The notes under the pieces: model-generated
Database searches by the model: none
Told to the model about the DNA's origin: nothing
Seen by the model: the letters and a program-made list of their open reading frames with translations, nothing else
Assembly: GCA_965203415.1 (NCBI GenBank)
Contig: CBDBCS010000006.1
Span: forward strand, 67,942-131,941
Direction of reading: 5' to 3'
Origin: Alphaproteobacteria bacterium
Lineage (GTDB): Bacteria > Pseudomonadota > Alphaproteobacteria > CBDBCS01
Length of the DNA: 64,000 nucleotides
Program-made: the position numbers and the translations under genes
Part shown: positions 58,114 through 64,000 of the stretch, one piece after another
How the letters are laid out: each line of letters opens with the position of its first letter
Numbering within the stretch: position 1 is the first letter of the stretch

Positions 58114-58712
58114 ACGCCTGTCCCCGTCCATCTGAGCCGCCTCTATGCGTGGCGGCTGTGCCTCGGCGGCGTGAGGCGGCGGCGGTGAGTCGCACCTTGG
58201 TCGCTGGGGACGCCTCGAGACGCCCTCCTGCGGTGCGCCCTGTGCCTGCGCCTTGGCCGGGCCTCGCCTTAACCAGAGCTGCTGTTTAGGCTGTTTGCAT
58301 AGAGCGGCGTTCTTCTCAGGAGGGCTGCTCCTCCGGCCGGGCCGGGGAGGCTAGCGGCCGCCCGTCGAGAGCTTGACTCTTTCCGACCTTTTCCGACTTG
58401 AGAGGAACGAGGACAATGGCGTAGTCGTTCAGGAAGGCGCCTATTTGTGGACGAGTGCCTGCCTGTGCTGCCTCTATGCGTGGCGGCTGTGCCTCGGCGG
58501 CGGGACGGCGGCGGCGGTGAGTCGCACCTAGGTCGCTGGGACGTGCCCTGCGGTGCGCCCTGGCCTCGCCTTAACCCGAGCTGCTGTTTAGGCTGTTTGA
58601 ATAGAGCGGCGTTCTTCTCAGGAGGGCTGCTCCCCCGGCCGGGCCGGGGAGGCTAGAGGCCGCCCGTCGAGGACTTGACTCTTTCCGACCTTTTCCGACT
58701 TGAGGGGAACAC
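58075..58712. repeat. ~337-bp x2 tandem duplication starting with the last ~13 codons + stop of giant adhesin 1
   Basis: gacaatagcgtgttcgttcaagaggtcgcctatttgtag (58075) versus gacaatggcgtagtcgttcaggaaggcgcctatttgtgg (58412). Both units end ctttccgaccttttccgacttgag(a/g)ggaac. Confidence 0.88.
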
Positions 58713-59140
58713 GCCCGAGCTCTGAGGGGCCCGGGGAATTTGCCTCTGGGGGATTTGTCTTGCGGAGGCCGTTTAGCGGTCCGCCGCGTACGGTCGGGGT
58801 CTCGGGCGGGGGCGGGCTAGGTGCATTTTGGAAATTTGCCTGGAGATTTGGGGCCTTGCCCCGCCCTCTGTCCTTCGGCGTCTCTGCCCTTCGGTGCCGC
58901 TGCTTCTTCCCGTGTGTCGGGTTGTCGTGTGTCGGCTCTTGAGGCCCTATCGCCCTTGCGTAGGGCTCCTTCCTTCGGGCGGGGGTCGAGCGAGTTCGGG
59001 CGGGGGTCGGGCGAGTGGCGGCGTATTTCTCTCTTTTCTCTTGTTTCTTCGGTTTTGCTCTAGTTGTGTTCTAGTTTCGTTCTCTTTCGGGATTGCGGTT
59101 TTTTTTTAATCACGTTTCACTTTCGCGTGTACTTGCGTGC

Positions 59141-59169
59141 TTGACAGAGCCGTAACGAAGGGCTAGATT
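59141..59169 (+). promoter_or_regulatory. sigma70-like promoter TTGACA-17-TAGATT upstream of giant adhesin 2
   Basis: gcTTGACAgagccgtaacgaagggcTAGATTccc. Confidence 0.5.
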
Positions 59170-59378
59170 CCCTGCGAAGGCCGTTTAGCGGCCGCCGTGC
59201 TCGAGCCGGATCTCGGGCGAGGTCGGGTGTGGCATGTTTTTAGTTATGGTGTGTGGCCCGTGAGCGTGGTCTCGTCCCGGGTTTCAGAACCGCATAGTTT
59301 CGCGCTTTCTGTCGTGGAGCTTGGGGTTTTTCCGATTTTTTTGGTTTTAGCATTTCTTACGGAGGAATGGTGAGAAAG

Positions 59379-62300
59379 ATGACGAAATCGTTTTTTAATT
59401 TGCCTGTTTCGGATTGGAGTTCTGACCGGAGTGCCGATTGGAGTTCTGGCCGGAGTGCCGATTGGGGTTCGCAGTCTCGTTTGTTTTTTAGCTCGGCTGG
59501 GGGTCGTTTGGCTGGATTTTTCGGGAACGTGCCTCGGAGCAGGGCTTCTGGCCTGCTCGGAACGAGTTCGTTATGGCTCGTTCTAGCCTCCTGCGGCGGC
59601 GGTGGCGGTGGCGGCGGGGGCGGCGGCGGCACGACGACGGACACAATGACGACGACGGACGGCGACGGCGGCATGATGACGATGACGACGCCGGACGGCA
59701 GCATGACGACACCCCTGCCGCCGACGATGACGACGACGGACGGCATGACGGACGAGCCGACACCCGAGCCCACGACGACGACGGTGTCCGAGACCGTCAC
59801 CATCCCGGGCGAGGACGCGGCTCTGGCGCGTTCGTCTTATGATGGAACGAATGTGTATTTCACGCTCGTTTTCTTCAGCGATTACGATGGCTTGGCAAGA
59901 GACCACTTCGTCGTCGCCGAAGGCGGAGAGTTGTCTCCGACGCAAGTTGTGCCCGAGAGCGTGGAAGCTGGAGACTATCTGACGCTCACGGTCCAGGCGG
60001 ACTCGGGTTTGAACGACGAGTTGGTGGTTGTGACCATCCGGGAAGACGCCACCATCGAAGAAACACCTGGCCAAGCCCCGCTGAGCGAATTACGCTTGGT
60101 TCCGTTGATTCACACGGTTGACAATGTCGGGCCCGGCATCGAGGCAAGTCGTTTTGCGATTTCCCAGAGTTCCGACCCTCTCAATATAGAGAACCCCTAT
60201 GGCACGGTGACGCTGACTTTTGACGACACCATTGATATGGAGAGTCTCTCGTCGCAAGATTTCCGGCTGACGAATGGGGCGGGCATCGCCTCGGTGGAAC
60301 GCGGCGGCGACCACGAGATTCTCGTCGAAGTCACCGCCGCCGCCGGGAGTATTCTGCATAGTCTGACGCTCTTTTTCGACGCCGCCGCGGACTTCGAGGA
60401 CGACGCCGGGAACCCCGCGCACCCAGGTTTCCCCGGGACGCAGTTGGGGGTCTTCACGGCCGATACTCGAGCCCCTCGTCTGGTGGACCATACGGTCACA
60501 GTGGCCAGCGGTGGAACGGCCCCGACGGCCCTGATGGGGCCTGTCGATTCGGCCATGGATTTGATAGAGGCGACAACTTCCACAGATGATGACGGGAACA
60601 CGCTTTATACGCTTTCGTTAGCTCAGACGATTTCTCTGGGGATTGCGTCGGGCAATCTCGCGACAAACACAGGGACCCTGGAAGCGTTGGAAGCCGCAAA
60701 AATACAGGCGACGATTGCTCTGACGCCTTATTTCGAGGACGAGGGCACCCTTGATTTTTTCCTTATCGCGCCTACGTCCGAGGACCGGACACGATATCGG
60801 GTAATCTATGAAGAAGGTGAAGACGGACTCGAGGCCGTGAAAGCCTTGGACCTGGGGTCGTTTCAGAACAGCGATGGGGGGGTTTTGTCTCAGAATGTGA
60901 GCCTGACGATTGTCGAGACGGATGCCATGGGCATGGCACTTGCGGGTGGACCTCTATTGGAGGTGCAGCTTGGGCCGCGCACCTCAAACGAGTTTCCCGA
61001 TTTCACGATTCCCTTCACGCTTGTGGCTCAGGACGAGGTCGGCAACCGCTATGAGCACGTCATCGCAGTCGTCCGAGGCGGGGGCGATACCTATGGTCTC
61101 GAATTCAACCGGAGCACGGCGACCATCGATGGGATGGAAGTTGACACGCTCGAGTATTTCATGACCTTCTCGGATCTTTTTTCGACGGGGAATTTGAGGA
61201 ACGCGGATTTCGTATTCTCGCATGGGTCGGTTCATAACATCTCGAAGACAGGTTTGGATCAGCAAGGGGGGGTCATACCTGTCATTGCAGGAGACACGCT
61301 GACCGTCACCGTCGTCCCGCGTGAGGGCATTGAGGGCGATCTCGTCAGCCTGTCGGGGGCATCGAACTCGTTTGTCCCATTCAACCGCAATTTTTACGAC
61401 AATGTGGGGCTAAAATACGAGAATCTCCGCATTGACATTTCGGACTCGCCTGGGCTGTCGTACACGGTGACCGACGTCACAGAGAGCTTCCTCGTAACGC
61501 TAGATTTCACCGACGGGCCCGTGGCGTTTGACTCTATAGACTATAACGACTTCCAGATTCTAGACCAAAATGGCATGGTCCTCAACAATGGCGAGGGACT
61601 CTTGGTTGTCGGCTTCAACAAAGGCGGCCCGAATCGGGTTTTGGCGACCGTTGTGGCGGTGGAGGGGTCTCAAGAGGTTGAGACATATCGCCTTGCTTTT
61701 GCCCCTCGGGACGAACTCTTTGAGGACGATTACGGGAATGTGTCGGACGCCGCTTTCAGAGGCAAACCGATTGCGCAGGTTTTCATAGACACGCTAGGCC
61801 CGGTTGTTGCCCTCCCGATTCCCAATCAGATCGTCCGGACGGAGAACGTCGCCGACGACCCCGCAACCCCAGACGAGAACGAAGCACGCGCACGCGTCGA
61901 GGCGGGTCAGCTTGCCTTTGACGGTCTTGTCCTAGACAGCTATTTTGGACCTACGGTCATGGGGAGCGACCCCGCCATCACGCGAGATGCCACGTTCACC
62001 TTCAGCTGGCACGGCGACCCGTTTTTGGAAAATCCTCGAATTTCAAAGACGAGCGACGGCCAATCGGTTTTTCTCGTGGACCTGAAGGACGAGAACGTCA
62101 ATGGCGTGGTGACGGTCACCGTCACGGCGACCGACCAGGCGGGGCATTCTGTGACCGATGTGTTTCTGGTGACGCGCGACGAGCAAGATCTGGACACCAC
62201 GCCGCCCGAGTTGGTCGCGGCGTCTCTAGAGGAATTCCCGATTAATGAAGCCGCCCCCCAGGGTTTCATTGTTCTGACTTTCAACGACGCTCTAGCGTCG

Positions 62301-64000
62301 TATGATGATCCCGATGCAGACGAGGCGTCTTTGTTAGACGACGGCGACCTAGAGATCGCCGTTGCCACAGCTGTTACCACAACTGTAGACGACACAGGGA
62401 TGACGGTGACTGCGGAAGACGGGGCGATGACGGATTCGATTTCTCTCGAGGTCCAGGCCTATGGGGCGAATTCCGAGCGCGTCTCTGTTTTGATTACGGA
62501 CGACGGCAGTCGGGATTATTCGGTTTACACGCTCCGTTTTGTAGATGGCTCGGCGGAAGGCACGATGGCGGCGATGTTTCAGGACGATGCGGCAGAGTCG
62601 GGTCTCGACACGGCCGCCCCCAATGAGTTCGTTGTCCCCGATGATCCGACGATTCTCACGTTTACCATAGACACCCAAGCCCCGACCGTTGCGATGGCGA
62701 TTGCGGACCAGACTCTATCGTCGGCCTCGGTAACCATAGACCTGGCGGCGGCCTTTACAGACGGCGACCCAGAGCTGTCCTTCCGAGTCACCGATGAAAA
62801 CGGCGGCCCCGCCACGGCGAGCATCCAGGGTTCGGTCCTGACCCTGACGCGGGCCGTGGCGATAGGAATTGAGGAGGTCACCGTCACGGCTTTCGATAGG
62901 GCTGGCAATTCGGTGACGAGCTCCTTTGACGTGAGCCGAACCGGCATGGGAGACGCGCCGATGCTGGCGACTCTGGGCATTCCGGACCAGACGCTTGTGG
63001 ACGGGTCTTTGGTCACCCTCGATCTTGCCGATTATTTTACGCTCAGCGGGGCGGCGAACGCCCTCGAGTACCGCATCAGCGAGGGCGGCGGTGTTTTACA
63101 GTCCGACGGGAGCCATGCGCTCGATGTGGTGCGAGCGGGTGTGGGCGGTTCGCGATTGACGCTCCAGCGTCTGGACGGGCTGCCTCTGGGCGACGAGGTC
63201 ATCACCGTCACAGCCATCAGCGGCTCTTCCGGCAAGGCTGCCACCGGTGAGTTCACCGTGACGGCTCTGGGGATCAGTCTCAAGGACCAGTTGGACAACC
63301 AAACTGTCCAGGAGGCCATGACTTTAGCCTATTCAGGGCTGGACGACGCGATGCCTGGCACGATGGTGGCGCTGCTGAACGAGTTCGAGGTGAATATCCC
63401 GGCCATGCTGATCGTCGACACGACGGCGGACCTGAAGGCGGATGGTAGTAACGAATTCAAGGTCACCTACACGGCGAGTGCCTCTGACCTGAATGGGGAT
63501 CCTCTGGTTCACGATAATGGCAGCAGCTACCTGGCTGTCTCGAGCATGGGGGTGCTTTCTTTTGTGGATGCGGCGGGCATGGCAACCACGGCCCCGGCGG
63601 TTTTTGGCGATTCGACCATTCCTGTGACCATCACCGCGGGCTGGGAGGGCACTTTCGGGGCTGTCTCGACCTCGGACGCCGGTTGGACCGGCGGCATGGC
63701 GGTAGACGGCCAGGTGACGGGCGAGTTCAATCTCTTGATCGAGGACACGTCCGGCATGGCCCCCGTTGCGGCGAGTACCATGACGTTTGGGCCCTATTCG
63801 GTAGACCTGGATGCGACGGGGATGTTCGGCGGCCCGCAGGCGACGTTGGACCTCAGCGATCTCTTCACGCTGGGAGGCGTCGGCACGACCCAGACCTCGG
63901 ACATTCTCGGGCTCGGGATGATTTCCGAGAACCACTTTGAGATCTCGTATGTCGTGTCGGTCCAGGAGGATGGCGTCCGTCGTGACCTCACGGGGCCGCA
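59379..64000 (+). CDS. giant Ig-like lipoprotein adhesin 2 (paralog of 51287-58113), 5' part; ORF runs off the right edge
   Basis: Not in the ORF track (no stop in window). Own translation of frame 0 from 59367 through about 62220, plus the last ~100 nt, found no stop. The track lists no plus-strand ORF from 59367, which it would if a stop existed. MTKSFFNLPVSDWSS...LLGTSSLWLVLASC/GGGGGG lipobox. Collinear with adhesin 1 (FYDNVGLKYENL, LDFTDGP, IPNQIV, VTVTATDQAGHSVTDVFLVTRDE). ATG at 59379 has GGAGG 13 nt upstream. Alternative starts: 59367 (ATG) and 59529 (GTG). Confidence 0.8.
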   Translation, partial: MTKSFFNLPVSDWSSDRSADWSSGRSADWGSQSRLFFSSAGGRLAGFFGNVPRSRASGLLGTSSLWLVLASCGGGGGGGGGGGGTTTDTMTTTDGDGGMMTMTTPDGSMTTPLPPTMTTTDGMTDEPTPEPTTTTVSETVTIPGEDAALARSSYDGTNVYFTLVFFSDYDGLARDHFVVAEGGELSPTQVVPESVEAGDYLTLTVQADSGLNDELVVVTIREDATIEETPGQAPLSELRLVPLIHTVDNVGPGIEASRFAISQSSDPLNIENPYGTVTLTFDDTIDMESLSSQDFRLTNGAGIASVERGGDHEILVEVTAAAGSILHSLTLFFDAAADFEDDAGNPAHPGFPGTQLGVFTADTRAPRLVDHTVTVASGGTAPTALMGPVDSAMDLIEATTSTDDDGNTLYTLSLAQTISLGIASGNLATNTGTLEALEAAKIQATIALTPYFEDEGTLDFFLIAPTSEDRTRYRVIYEEGEDGLEAVKALDLGSFQNSDGGVLSQNVSLTIVETDAMGMALAGGPLLEVQLGPRTSNEFPDFTIPFTLVAQDEVGNRYEHVIAVVRGGGDTYGLEFNRSTATIDGMEVDTLEYFMTFSDLFSTGNLRNADFVFSHGSVHNISKTGLDQQGGVIPVIAGDTLTVTVVPREGIEGDLVSLSGASNSFVPFNRNFYDNVGLKYENLRIDISDSPGLSYTVTDVTESFLVTLDFTDGPVAFDSIDYNDFQILDQNGMVLNNGEGLLVVGFNKGGPNRVLATVVAVEGSQEVETYRLAFAPRDELFEDDYGNVSDAAFRGKPIAQVFIDTLGPVVALPIPNQIVRTENVADDPATPDENEARARVEAGQLAFDGLVLDSYFGPTVMGSDPAITRDATFTFSWHGDPFLENPRISKTSDGQSVFLVDLKDENVNGVVTVTVTATDQAGHSVTDVFLVTRDEQDLDTTPPELVAASLEEFPINEAAPQGFIVLTFNDALASYDDPDADEASLLDDGDLEIAVATAVTTTVDDTGMTVTAEDGAMTDSISLEVQAYGANSERVSVLITDDGSRDYSVYTLRFVDGSAEGTMAAMFQDDAAESGLDTAAPNEFVVPDDPTILTFTIDTQAPTVAMAIADQTLSSASVTIDLAAAFTDGDPELSFRVTDENGGPATASIQGSVLTLTRAVAIGIEEVTVTAFDRAGNSVTSSFDVSRTGMGDAPMLATLGIPDQTLVDGSLVTLDLADYFTLSGAANALEYRISEGGGVLQSDGSHALDVVRAGVGGSRLTLQRLDGLPLGDEVITVTAISGSSGKAATGEFTVTALGISLKDQLDNQTVQEAMTLAYSGLDDAMPGTMVALLNEFEVNIPAMLIVDTTADLKADGSNEFKVTYTASASDLNGDPLVHDNGSSYLAVSSMGVLSFVDAAGMATTAPAVFGDSTIPVTITAGWEGTFGAVSTSDAGWTGGMAVDGQVTGEFNLLIEDTSGMAPVAASTMTFGPYSVDLDATGMFGGPQATLDLSDLFTLGGVGTTQTSDILGLGMISENHFEISYVVSVQEDGVRRDLTGP

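Noticed and set aside
12950-58712. All arrays as pure assembly artefacts
   Set aside because: Units differ by scattered substitutions and indels, one carries an 850-bp insertion, and junctions are clean and in consistent register. This argues for real, aged duplications. It cannot be fully excluded without reads, so it is kept as the refutation test in the findings.

Overview
GC-rich bacterial chromosomal window. Gene content and gene order suggest an alphaproteobacterium (inference only; no search was possible). Left edge: the 5' part of a RepC-type plasmid replication initiator, which runs off the window and is missing from the ORF track. Next to it lie a promoter/terminator-delimited antisense-RNA candidate of about 57 nt and tRNA-Ser(GCU). 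The rest is mostly core metabolism and housekeeping. In order: an outer-membrane beta-barrel gene broken at a G11 tract, gyrA, coaD, flgB-flgC-fliE, an orphan Fe3+ binding protein, cfa, a TcuA-like flavoprotein, a cysteine desulfurase, an acyl-CoA ligase, iolB plus two Gfo/Idh/MocA dehydrogenases, hisS-prfA, yggT, an omega-transaminase with tauABC, alaS, a FlaG-like gene, a GlcD-like FAD oxidase, tldD, dapB, xerC, a DUF484 gene, two tandem VOC genes, SDR-folB and msrP. The window ends with two giant paralogous lipoprotein-type adhesins (Ig-like modules, a 7-blade FG-GAP propeller, an RTX-like C-terminus). The first is frameshifted at a T6 run; the second runs off the right edge and is also missing from the track. 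The unusual property is structural. By my coordinates roughly one sixth of the window is long, imperfect head-to-tail tandem arrays. At least seven of them are pinned to the start-codon or stop-codon region of an intact gene, so promoters, RBSs, 5' CDS stubs or 3' CDS ends are reiterated 2-5 times. A separate array of about 20 units of 103 bp has intrinsic-terminator-like units oriented to catch read-through from prfA. No CRISPR array, transposase, reverse transcriptase or recognisable defence genes were seen. All family calls rest on motif recognition by eye. No identities, GC values or database hits were computed.
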